From Fidelibacterota bacterium (lineage in GTDB: Bacteria > Fidelibacterota > Fidelibacteria > Fidelibacterales > DSDE01): 64,000 bases of DNA. The DNA is taken from assembly GCA_046735395.1 (NCBI GenBank), contig JBJKQR010000018.1:96001-160000 (forward strand). Reading direction: 5' to 3'. The position numbers and the translations under genes are program-made. Below the pieces are notes generated by a model, which made no database searches, was not told where the DNA came from, and saw only the letters and a list, made by a program, of their open reading frames with translations. Below, in pieces: positions 1 to 8,732 of the stretch (position 1 is its first letter; every line of letters starts with the position of its first letter).

Positions 1-20
1 ATTTTCAACAGGGAGATGTT

Positions 21-1670
21 GTGAGATCAAGAGTGTTGAAAAAATATATCAGCTGGCGCTCGTCCATTTACAGCCAGGTTGTTTATGTCATCATTGTTCT
101 GTCACTGCTCCTCTACATCAGTTTTGCCCTTATCTTCCGCTCCACGAATGAGGAGCATCTCAAATCCGTTCTGGAACAGTGCGGAACCCGTATTGCCTAC
201 GTGGTGGAGGGCAGTCTCTATTCCAGCATGCTGGAAAATAACAAGGATGAACTGAAGAAGACCATGCGGCTGATGAAGGAAATGCCGGGGATTGACGAGG
301 TGAATCTGTATGACCAGAATGACAGTCTGGTCTACACGCTGGATGAGCATTGGCAGGAGCATATTGATGCCCAGCGCTGCAATCCCGACTGCCGTTCCTG
401 TCATGTTCCTCAGGACGGGCTCTTTCTTCAGAGCGAAAAAAGCTATCATGTGATTTCACCGGAGATCATGGATCCGGACAGCGACTACACAACCATTCGC
501 CGTCAGCTGCTCATCATTTCTCCCATTCTGAATAATCCGTCCTGCTGGCAGGCGGACTGTCATGTGCACGAGGAAACGGATGTCCGTCTCGGCGCCCTGG
601 TTATCAAAATTCCTCTCGAATCTCTGGACAAGGCATTGAGTGAGACCACGGTGAATTATTTTGAGCTGGCTTCCCTGATGACGGTTCTGTTCATCGTGGG
701 AATAATCCTGTTTACCCGGCGGAAAATCCGCATGCCGCTTCTGCAGATGATTGAAGCCAGTGAGGCGGTGGCGGCCGGGGAACTGTCGACCCGTCTGGAG
801 GAGAGCGAGGACCAGCTCAGCGATATGAACAAGGTGTCCCGTGCCTTCAACAAGATGCTGGACCAGCTCGACAGGGCAAACAGCGAACTGCAGGTCTGGA
901 GCCGTCAGCTGGAATACAAGGTTCAGAAGAAGACCGAAGAGCTGCGGGAAACGCAGAAGGAGCTCATTCACATCGAACGGATGGCATCGCTGGGTAAACT
1001 TTCCTCGTCGGTGGCGCATGAGATCAATAATCCTCTGGCAGGCGTCCTGACCTATACCAAACTGGTGAACAAGCAGATCAGCAAGCAGGATTTTCCGGAG
1101 GAAAAGAAGGAAACGATCCTCAGTCATCTGAACATGATTGAAAAGGAAACCAAGCGCTGCGGGGACATCGTGAAGGGCCTGCTGGATTTTTCACGCAAGG
1201 ACCAGAAACATTTTGAGAACATTCATCTGCAGCAGGTGCTCAGGGAAACCTATGATCTCATGGTTCATCCCATGAAAATGGCGGATATTTCCTTCAGTAC
1301 GCAGTTTTCGGCGGCCTATGACCTGGTTCACTGCTCCGCAAATCAGATAAAGCAGGCCTGCATTGCCCTGCTGGTGAATGCCTCCGAGGCCGTGGATCAT
1401 AATGGTGAAATTCTGTTTTCCTCGGAGAATGAGGAGGGCAGCGACTTTCTTCATATACAGATTGCGGACAATGGTGTGGGCATCTCCGAGGAGGATCTGC
1501 CGCATATCTTCGAACCCTTCTTTTCCCGCAAGCAGAAGGCAAGCGGTATCGGGCTGGGGCTGTCTGTCGTCCACGGAATCGTGGAAAGCCACAAGGGGCG
1601 GATCCGGGTGGAGTCCACCGTCGGAGTGGGAACAAAGGTGCATTTATATCTGCCGCTGGTGAATGAATAA
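21..1670 (+). CDS. Sensor histidine kinase (two TM segments, HAMP, HisKA, HATPase) with putative c-type heme motifs in the extracytoplasmic domain
   Basis: H-box VAHEINNPL, N-box LLVNASEA, DNGVGI, IFEPFF, GIGLGL; CRSCH and CWQADCH between the two hydrophobic segments. Confidence 0.93.
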   Translation: MRSRVLKKYISWRSSIYSQVVYVIIVLSLLLYISFALIFRSTNEEHLKSVLEQCGTRIAYVVEGSLYSSMLENNKDELKKTMRLMKEMPGIDEVNLYDQNDSLVYTLDEHWQEHIDAQRCNPDCRSCHVPQDGLFLQSEKSYHVISPEIMDPDSDYTTIRRQLLIISPILNNPSCWQADCHVHEETDVRLGALVIKIPLESLDKALSETTVNYFELASLMTVLFIVGIILFTRRKIRMPLLQMIEASEAVAAGELSTRLEESEDQLSDMNKVSRAFNKMLDQLDRANSELQVWSRQLEYKVQKKTEELRETQKELIHIERMASLGKLSSSVAHEINNPLAGVLTYTKLVNKQISKQDFPEEKKETILSHLNMIEKETKRCGDIVKGLLDFSRKDQKHFENIHLQQVLRETYDLMVHPMKMADISFSTQFSAAYDLVHCSANQIKQACIALLVNASEAVDHNGEILFSSENEEGSDFLHIQIADNGVGISEEDLPHIFEPFFSRKQKASGIGLGLSVVHGIVESHKGRIRVESTVGVGTKVHLYLPLVNE

Positions 1671-1695
1671 TTATGACAACATGAAGGAGAGGGAA

Positions 1696-3045
1696 ATGGC
1701 TCAGAGCAGAACCATACTCATTGTCGATGATGAATTGAGCGTTCGGGATTCCTTGTATAACTGGTTTGTGGAGGATGGCTACTCGGTGAAGACGGCTGAA
1801 AATGCCAAAAGCGCCCTGTCTCTGCTGGAGGATGAGCAGTTTGACATTATTCTGGCGGACATCAAGATGCCCGGAATGGACGGCCTGGAAATGCACCGGC
1901 GGATCCGGGCGCTGAACAAGGATGCGATCGTCATCATCATGACGGCCTTTGCTGCCGTGGATACGGCTGTGCAGGCCCTGAAGGACGGAGCCTACGATTA
2001 CGTGACCAAACCCTTCGATCCGGACGATCTGAGCCACCTCATCCGCAATGCCATGAAACAGGTGGCGCTCAGCAGTGAGAATGCGACCCTCAAGGAAAAG
2101 CTGGTGGATCTGGAAAATATTGATGACATCATCGGGAGCTCCGGCCCGATGACCCGGGTTCTGCAGGAGGTGCAGACCGTCGCGCAGAGCGATTCGACCG
2201 TCATCATCACCGGCGAAAGCGGTACGGGCAAGGAACTGATCGCCCGGGCCATTCACAGCAATTCGGGACGGAAATTCTTCCCGCTCATCTCGGTCCATTG
2301 CGGAGCGCTGTCCGAAAGCCTTCTCGAGTCCGAACTCTTCGGCCATGAAAAGGGCGCCTTCACCGGAGCCCAGTACCACCGGAAGGGAAAATTTGAAATG
2401 GCGGACGGCGGCACGCTGTTTCTGGACGAAATCGCCACCATCTCCACGAAAATGCAGATCGAGCTTCTGCGCGTGCTCGAAACCAAACAGTTCATGCGCG
2501 TCGGCGGCCAGAAGGACATCTCCTCGGATTTTCGAATCATTGCTGCGACGAACAAGGATCTGAAGTCGCTGGTGCAGGCGGGAACCTTTCGGGAAGATCT
2601 CTACTATCGTCTGAATGTGGTAAATATCGTGCTGCCGGCCCTGCGGGAACGGCCCGATGATATTGCTGCCCTCATCGATTATTTCATCGGGAAATACTGC
2701 CGGGCCATGAACCGTCCCAAGATGTCCATTGACAGCCTGGCTCTGCAGCGCCTGCAGGAATATGATTATCCGGGAAATGTGCGGGAACTGGAAAATATTA
2801 TCGAGCGCGCCATCGTCGTGGGAAACGGCAAGGAAATCCGTATCAAGGACCTGCCGCTGGCGGCTGATCAGGTTTATTCATCGGTGGAGAGCCTGGAGGA
2901 TCTGGAAAAACAGCATATTGCGAATATTCTGTCAAAATATTCCTGGAATGTATCACGGTCTGCGAAGGCTCTGAAGGTGGACCGGGTCACCCTTTACAAT
3001 AAAATCAAAAAGTACGGGCTGAGCCAGCCGGACAGCAAGGCATGA
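1696..3045 (+). CDS. NtrC-family sigma-54-dependent response regulator (REC, AAA+, Fis HTH)
   Basis: ILIVDDE receiver, DIKMPG, Walker A GESGTGKE, GAFTGA loop, FLDEI, YPGNVREL, C-terminal HTH. ORF track starts at 1663; ATG 1696 has an AAGGAG SD. Confidence 0.95.
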   Translation: MAQSRTILIVDDELSVRDSLYNWFVEDGYSVKTAENAKSALSLLEDEQFDIILADIKMPGMDGLEMHRRIRALNKDAIVIIMTAFAAVDTAVQALKDGAYDYVTKPFDPDDLSHLIRNAMKQVALSSENATLKEKLVDLENIDDIIGSSGPMTRVLQEVQTVAQSDSTVIITGESGTGKELIARAIHSNSGRKFFPLISVHCGALSESLLESELFGHEKGAFTGAQYHRKGKFEMADGGTLFLDEIATISTKMQIELLRVLETKQFMRVGGQKDISSDFRIIAATNKDLKSLVQAGTFREDLYYRLNVVNIVLPALRERPDDIAALIDYFIGKYCRAMNRPKMSIDSLALQRLQEYDYPGNVRELENIIERAIVVGNGKEIRIKDLPLAADQVYSSVESLEDLEKQHIANILSKYSWNVSRSAKALKVDRVTLYNKIKKYGLSQPDSKA

Positions 3046-3064
3046 TGCATCGGATCGCGTCACA

Positions 3065-3613
3065 ATGAACGGGATCACCCTCATTCCGCTTACGCCCTAT
3101 GAGCCGGACCTGATCAATTTTCTCATTGAGGGGGTTGACAGGGAATTCGCCTGCGGGGTATTTGCCGGACAGCTGCGCATAGATCTGGCCGCCTGTTTTG
3201 ATCCCCAGCGGCGTCAGTATAACGGGGACGACCTTCTGAAAACCCTGCACGAGTCCCGGAACCAGTTCTTCGGAACCCGAATTCTGGGAATCCTCGACGC
3301 GGATCTGTTTATCCCCATTCTGACCTATATCTTCGGACAGGCCTATCTGGGAGGGGACGCGGGCATCGCATCGTCCTACCGCCTGAAAAATGAGCGCTAC
3401 GGAATGCCCCGGGATGAGGATTTGTTCCGCCGCCGTTTTCTCAAGGAAATTCTTCATGAGCTGGGCCATATGTTCGGCCTTCGCCACTGTCTCAATCCCA
3501 GCTGCGTCATGCGGAGTTCAACCTATGTGGAAGACATTGATCAGAAAGACGCGGTTTTCTGTCCTGCCTGCCGCCAGATTGTAGATAAGGCGGGCCTGTC
3601 TTCCGAAGGCTGA
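3065..3613 (+). CDS. Archaemetzincin-family Zn metalloprotease (M54)
   Basis: HELGHMFGLRHC zinc motif, CVM Met-turn, FCPAC; YIFGQA motif typical of the family. Confidence 0.9.
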   Translation: MNGITLIPLTPYEPDLINFLIEGVDREFACGVFAGQLRIDLAACFDPQRRQYNGDDLLKTLHESRNQFFGTRILGILDADLFIPILTYIFGQAYLGGDAGIASSYRLKNERYGMPRDEDLFRRRFLKEILHELGHMFGLRHCLNPSCVMRSSTYVEDIDQKDAVFCPACRQIVDKAGLSSEG

Positions 3614-3648
3614 CGGATATCGTTTAAATCAGTCGATTATTTAGGATA

Positions 3649-4269
3649 TTAATGAAGGGAGTCGTCGGTGTCCGGGCTGACTTCAGAGCGGTTTTCGTCG
3701 GATTCTGAAGACATTTCGGCTGCCAATTGTGCTTTCCGTTCCTTTTCCTTCACATATTGAAGATAAAGAAAGAAGATGACCCCGAAAGTGATATACATGT
3801 CGGCAACATTCAGGATGCCGGTGCGGACAAAGCCCAGCGAAAAATGGAGAAAATCGGTCACCCAGCCGTGAAAGAGGATGCGGTCGACGATATTGCTGTA
3901 TCCCCCGGCCAGAATGACAGCCAGCGTGACCCGCTCCTTCGTGGCCAGATCCGTGTGAAAAACCATGTAAACGGTGAAATACAGCAGTACGGCCACGGGC
4001 AGAAGGGTGAGCAGCAGAAATTTCAGAGGTTCGGGCAGGGTGGAGCCCAGACTGAGAAAGGATCCGTCGTTTTCGGCATAATGGATCACGAAAAAATTGC
4101 CCACGACCTGAATGGTGCCCTGATCCTGAAAATGATCCCGGGCATAGATTTTTGTCGCCTGATCCACGCCGATGGCCAGGGCGATCAGCAGAAGGAGCCG
4201 GACCAGTACACAGGGGCCGGGACAGGCAAAACCCCGTCTGAACGTCTTTATATCCTGAATTTCAGTCAT
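3649..4269 (-). CDS. lspA: Lipoprotein signal peptidase II
   Basis: DQATK, ENDGSFLS, SNIVDR, VTDFL, LNVAD motifs; multiple TM segments. Confidence 0.9.
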   Translation of the reverse strand: MTEIQDIKTFRRGFACPGPCVLVRLLLLIALAIGVDQATKIYARDHFQDQGTIQVVGNFFVIHYAENDGSFLSLGSTLPEPLKFLLLTLLPVAVLLYFTVYMVFHTDLATKERVTLAVILAGGYSNIVDRILFHGWVTDFLHFSLGFVRTGILNVADMYITFGVIFFLYLQYVKEKERKAQLAAEMSSESDENRSEVSPDTDDSLH

Positions 4270-4309
4270 ATTTTCCTACTTATCTGTATATAAATGTGAA
4301 AAAATTAAT

Positions 4310-4333
4310 AAAAGAAAGCGGCCTGTCCCCCGC
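4310..4333 (-). terminator. Weak terminator-like hairpin after the cas6-like gene
   Basis: Minus strand GCGG-GGGACAGG-CCGC followed by TTTCTTTT; stem only 4 bp. Confidence 0.3.
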
Positions 4334-4340
4334 ATCCGGA

Positions 4341-5069
4341 TCATTTCTTGGTTACGGAGGTGATCAGGTTGCCGTTCACTTCCTCGTCCGTCTCCCGCGG
4401 GGCCTTTTCCTTGAAGGAATTGATCAGCCGGACGGTGCCGTAGCCCCGGGATATGGCATTTCCCATGCCGATGAAATTCGGAAGTTTGATATTAACCTGA
4501 AAATCACCGGTGAACATGCCCGCATTCAGGCTTTCATCAATCATGGGCTTCAATCCGTTCATCCGGATTTTATTGATGACCTTGTATTCCGGAAGCTTCT
4601 GAAATTCCTTGATGATAAAGATGATATTCTTGTTCAGGATCTTATTCAGATAACCCACCCGCTCCGAGCCGTAGAAGTACTTGTAGCGGCCCAGATGCTG
4701 GTCACTGAGGGCAACCCAGGGATTCAGGAATTCGTAATTATAGATATGATCCAAATCGTCAAAATTTGCTTTGCTGTAACTTTCTTCAACCTCTTCCACA
4801 ACCCAGTTGATGAAGGAAACTGAAATCATCTCGATATTCTTCAGGACATCGGCGACGATCTTTATTCCTTCATTGATGCCCACAAGGATGGGCTGCTGTT
4901 TGACAACCGTGAACTGAATGCGCGGATAATTGAAACGATTCCGCATGTTCCCGGTAACCATATCAGCCAGTTTTCCCTTCGGGTCGATTTCGATGAAGAA
5001 ATTCCGCAGGGTCATGGCATTGGCGGTAAAAGGTCGTTCGGTATGCAGGATGTAGGCCATCGATTCCAA
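4341..5069 (-). CDS. cas6: Stand-alone Cas6b-like (RAMP) protein, possibly catalytically altered
   Basis: LRNFF, NYPRIQF, PILVGINEG, YEFLNPWVAL, LNKILNKNI, FTGDFQVNIKLPNFIGMGNAISRGYGTV (Cas6 G-rich loop); TTG start preceded by GGGGAG SD. Confidence 0.85.
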   Translation of the reverse strand: MESMAYILHTERPFTANAMTLRNFFIEIDPKGKLADMVTGNMRNRFNYPRIQFTVVKQQPILVGINEGIKIVADVLKNIEMISVSFINWVVEEVEESYSKANFDDLDHIYNYEFLNPWVALSDQHLGRYKYFYGSERVGYLNKILNKNIIFIIKEFQKLPEYKVINKIRMNGLKPMIDESLNAGMFTGDFQVNIKLPNFIGMGNAISRGYGTVRLINSFKEKAPRETDEEVNGNLITSVTKK

Positions 5070-5085
5070 AACCGCAACTCCCCGT

Positions 5086-6375
5086 TTATGAATTCATTGT
5101 TCGTAGAAATTCTTTATTATTCTTGGACTGTCCCATTTTTTCAAGCAGGAATTCCATGGCTTCCACCGGCGACATCTCGTTCAGGAGTTTGCGCAGGATC
5201 CATACCCGGGCCAGTTCGCCGCGGGACATGAGCAGTTCTTCCTTACGCGTTCCGGAGCGGTTGATGTCAATGGCCGGGAAGATTCTGCGGTCGCTCAGGC
5301 GGCGATCCAGAACCAGTTCCATATTACCGGTTCCCTTGAATTCTTCAAAGATGACATCATCCATGCGTGAGCCGGTTTCAGTCAGTGCAGTGGCCAGGAT
5401 GGTGAGGCTTCCGCCGCCTTCGATATTCCGTGCGGAACCGAAGAAGCGTTTGGGACGGTGGAGGGCATTGCTGTCAATACCACCGGACAGGATCTTTCCG
5501 GAATGGGGCACCACCGAGTTGTGGGCACGGGCGAGGCGGGTGATGGAGTCCAGCAGGATGACCACATCCGAACCGAATTCCACGATACGCTTGGCCTTTT
5601 CCAGAACCATGTCCGCAACCTGCACATGGCGTTCCGGCGGTTCGTCGAAGGTGGAAGAGACCACTTCCGCGTCCACATTCCGCTGCATGTCGGTCACTTC
5701 CTCCGGCCGCTCGTCGATGAGAAGGACGATCACGGTGACTTCCGGATGATTGGCGATGATGCTGTTGGCCATTTTCTGCAGAAGAACAGTCTTTCCGGTC
5801 TTGGGCTGGGCCACGATGAGCCCTCTCTGTCCCTTGCCGATAGGCGTGAGCAGGTCCATGATGCGCATGCTGTAATCCTTGGGATTGTTTTCCAGCGACA
5901 GGCGCTGTTCAGGATTCAGCGGCGTGAGGGTGTCGAAAGGCATGGGAATCTTGGCCACTTCCGGGCTCTGGTCATTGACGCTCTCGATGCTGATCAGCGA
6001 GAAAAACCGTTCATTATTCTTCGGCGGACGAACCGATCCGGCAATGATATGGCCGGTTTTCAGGCCGAGGCGCTTGATCTGTGCCGGAGAAACATATAAA
6101 TCAGTGCTGTTATTTATGTAATTATTGGACTGGCTTCTCAGAAATCCGTAGCCGTCGGGCATAATTTCCAGTACACCCATCTCAAAGAGGTTTCCCTTGA
6201 ATTCGGCCTGGGCCTGCAGTATGCTGAAAATGATATCCTGCTTCTTCTGTGTGAGAATGCCTGGGATTTCATATTCATTGGCAAGCTTCTGCAACTCCTT
6301 GATTTTTAAAGCCTGCAGGGTCCCTATCGTGAAATCCGCATCTGTTGTAATAACCGTTGATTCCTTCTTGCTCAC
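5086..6375 (-). CDS. rho: Transcription termination factor Rho (compact form, 429 aa)
   Basis: [72 protein letters not shown]. Confidence 0.99.
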   Translation of the reverse strand: MSKKESTVITTDADFTIGTLQALKIKELQKLANEYEIPGILTQKKQDIIFSILQAQAEFKGNLFEMGVLEIMPDGYGFLRSQSNNYINNSTDLYVSPAQIKRLGLKTGHIIAGSVRPPKNNERFFSLISIESVNDQSPEVAKIPMPFDTLTPLNPEQRLSLENNPKDYSMRIMDLLTPIGKGQRGLIVAQPKTGKTVLLQKMANSIIANHPEVTVIVLLIDERPEEVTDMQRNVDAEVVSSTFDEPPERHVQVADMVLEKAKRIVEFGSDVVILLDSITRLARAHNSVVPHSGKILSGGIDSNALHRPKRFFGSARNIEGGGSLTILATALTETGSRMDDVIFEEFKGTGNMELVLDRRLSDRRIFPAIDINRSGTRKEELLMSRGELARVWILRKLLNEMSPVEAMEFLLEKMGQSKNNKEFLRTMNS

Positions 6376-6476
6376 GAGTGTTTTTGCCTTTATGTTTTGT
6401 CTTTGTGAATATGGGGAAAGTCAATCTTAATTTCTAATACATCATCAGCCTATGTACAGAAAACCCCGGATGCCGG

Positions 6477-6505
6477 ATTTTACTGATTTGTCAAATTTTT
6501 GTCAA
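6477..6505 (-). promoter_or_regulatory. Near-consensus sigma70 promoter for rho-cas6
   Basis: Minus strand TTGACA (6505-6500), 17 bp, TAAAAT (6482-6477); a second TTGACA lies at 6494-6489. Confidence 0.8.
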
Positions 6506-6685
6506 GTCTTAATTTGGAGATGAATTATCAGGCTGACGCATCGCGTTATTGTCGTGGAAATTCGGGCTGCCGGAAAAGATTTTCACTAAAATATTCCTTG
6601 ATTCCCGGGGCCCGATCAAATTAGATTCGGGAAAATTTTAAGCAATTAAGTTTGATTTTTTGAAAAATCATAAGGAGAACGATAG

Positions 6686-7249
6686 ATGTATTGCAGAAAT
6701 TGCGGGAATGAAGTCAGTGAAAACGCGGAGATCTGTCTGTCCTGCGGTGTGAGGCCGCTGCTGGAGAAAAATTTCTGTCAGAATTGCGGAAAGGAGACAC
6801 AGTCAAATCAGGAACTCTGTGTCAAATGCGGGGTCCTGCTGAAATCCCAGGCGACGGACGGTTTCATTCCGGGGTCGGGGAAAAAAGCACGCATGAATCC
6901 CTGGGAAGGATTTGTGGCCGCATTCAGCAAATACGCAACCTTTCGGGGCCGCGCCCGGAGAATGGAGTATTGGGGATTCGGACTCTTTGAGCTTGTTTTT
7001 GCCGTGGCGGCTTTGATTCTGGATGGAGCGGGCGGAAGCGGTGGAGCCTTGTATGCCCTGACAACGCTGGTGTTTCTCATTCCCGGTATCAGTGTCACGG
7101 TCCGGCGTCTTCATGACGTGGGTAAAAGCGCCTGGTTCGGACTTATCCTGATTATTCCGATTGTCGGCTGGATCTGGTATCTGGTTGTGGTGCTGCAGGA
7201 CGGTGATTTTCAGGTGAATAAATATGGCCCCAGCCCCAAGTATTCCTGA
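6686..7249 (+). CDS. Double zinc-ribbon + DUF805 membrane protein
   Basis: Four CxxC pairs at the N terminus; FRGRARRMEYW, VRRLHDVGKS, NKYGPSP; AAGGAG SD. Confidence 0.88.
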   Translation: MYCRNCGNEVSENAEICLSCGVRPLLEKNFCQNCGKETQSNQELCVKCGVLLKSQATDGFIPGSGKKARMNPWEGFVAAFSKYATFRGRARRMEYWGFGLFELVFAVAALILDGAGGSGGALYALTTLVFLIPGISVTVRRLHDVGKSAWFGLILIIPIVGWIWYLVVVLQDGDFQVNKYGPSPKYS

Positions 7250-7290
7250 TCACATTCCGAAGCCTCATTGTTACTGCCGGGAATAATCAA

Positions 7291-7320
7291 TTGCCATAAT
7301 TTTCCTAAATGTCATATATT
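7291..7320 (+). promoter_or_regulatory. Putative sigma70 promoter upstream of the lipase operon
   Basis: TTGCCA-N18-TATATT. Confidence 0.45.
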
Positions 7321-7508
7321 CGGGTCCCTGCACGAGAGGCAAATTTGAACGGTGATCCGAAAAATACCGGCTGTCCCGAAGCCCATTCCGCCAAGCCTGA
7401 ATCCGGTTCCGGAAGAGACAGAGAGTATGGAATGGAATTATTTTTTGTTATTCCCTCGTTTTGGATGTATTTTTTATCTGAAAAAAAGCTTTCAGGGAGG
7501 AGTTTGCT

Positions 7509-8732
7509 ATGAAACTCAGATTTCAGTTTTCCATGCTGTTGTCCGGGCTGTTTATCCTGTTCTTTGTGAACGCCTGCGACACCGTGAGCAATACCAAGGA
7601 TGAGCCGGCGAGGGGCGGGCTCATTTCATCACAGCAGATCATCAGTCTCAATGCCGCCTGGCTGACCGCAAATGTGCCGGCCGGCGACCTGCCCGATTTT
7701 GCGTCCCCCGAATATGGTGTGACCGCCATGCGGCTCAGCTATTATACGGAAGGCCGGGACGGAGAACTGATTCAGGCCTCGGGAGCTCTGTTCATTCCGG
7801 TGGATGATGCCACCTATTCGATTCCTGCTGCGTCCTTTCCGCTTCTCAGCATCCAGCATGGAACTCAGACGGACCGGGATTCTGTTGCGTCTGTTTTCAT
7901 CACCAATTCTCCGGAAGGATTTCTCGGTGTATTGTCGGCGATGGGCGGATATCTCACCTGTATTCCCGATTATATCGGCATGGGCCAGTCATCCGCCATG
8001 CATCCCTATATTATTGCGGATTATACAGCTGATGCGGTCGTTGATTTTATGCGGGCCGCCCGGGAATACTGCGATGAAAGGAAGGTTAAACTGAGCGGTG
8101 ATGTCTATCTGGCCGGCTATTCGGAAGGCGGATATGCCACGCTGGCAACGCAGAAAGCCATTGAAACTCTGTACAGCGACGAGTTTGATCTGAAATATTC
8201 TGTTCCCATGGCCGGGCCCTTTGACCTGTCCACGACAGTGGATACCATCCTCAGCAGATCGGATTATTCCAGTTCGGTGATCATGGGGTTTTTACTCACG
8301 AGCTATGATTATTATTATAAATGGAACCGGCTGAGTTCATTTTTCGCTTCGGACCTGGCGCCGCAGATGCCGGCCCTTTTCAACGGCGATCACGGGAGCA
8401 GCTACATCGGCAGCCAGCTGCCTGCCGATATGACCGATCTGCTCAAGCCGGACTTCGTCACGTCCTATCTGAGCGGAAATGAAACGGATGTGGAGACGAC
8501 CGTCGCGGAGAATTCGCTGTTAGGCTGGACGCCGAAAACGCCCATGCTGTTGATTCATGGAACGGCGGATGAGACGGTTCCCTATCTGAATTCGGAAAAC
8601 GCCTATAATGACTTCAAGGCCCGCGGCTGTGACGTGACCTTTGTGCCGGTGGACGGCGGAACTCACCTGTCCACGGCCACCGCAGCCGTTGACATCGCAT
8701 TTGCAAAATTTATGGAATTTCTGGGGAAATAA
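7509..8732 (+). CDS. Secretory-lipase-like alpha/beta hydrolase lipoprotein
   Basis: Lipobox-like VNAC, QHGT, PDYIGMG, nucleophile elbow GYSEGG, HGTADETVP, late His (GGTH). Confidence 0.85.
   Translation: MKLRFQFSMLLSGLFILFFVNACDTVSNTKDEPARGGLISSQQIISLNAAWLTANVPAGDLPDFASPEYGVTAMRLSYYTEGRDGELIQASGALFIPVDDATYSIPAASFPLLSIQHGTQTDRDSVASVFITNSPEGFLGVLSAMGGYLTCIPDYIGMGQSSAMHPYIIADYTADAVVDFMRAAREYCDERKVKLSGDVYLAGYSEGGYATLATQKAIETLYSDEFDLKYSVPMAGPFDLSTTVDTILSRSDYSSSVIMGFLLTSYDYYYKWNRLSSFFASDLAPQMPALFNGDHGSSYIGSQLPADMTDLLKPDFVTSYLSGNETDVETTVAENSLLGWTPKTPMLLIHGTADETVPYLNSENAYNDFKARGCDVTFVPVDGGTHLSTATAAVDIAFAKFMEFLGK

Noticed and set aside
1294..2379. 361-aa minus-strand ORF
   Set aside because: Antisense shadow of the kinase and regulator genes
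7321..7500. 6S RNA, SRP RNA or a known riboswitch
   Set aside because: Length and rod-like pairing are suggestive, but conserved sequence motifs are missing or out of order; kept only as an unclassified structured leader
7309..7603. Short ORFs 7309-7512 and 7352-7603
   Set aside because: No SD, no recognisable motifs; they overlap the putative promoter, the leader or the lipase start
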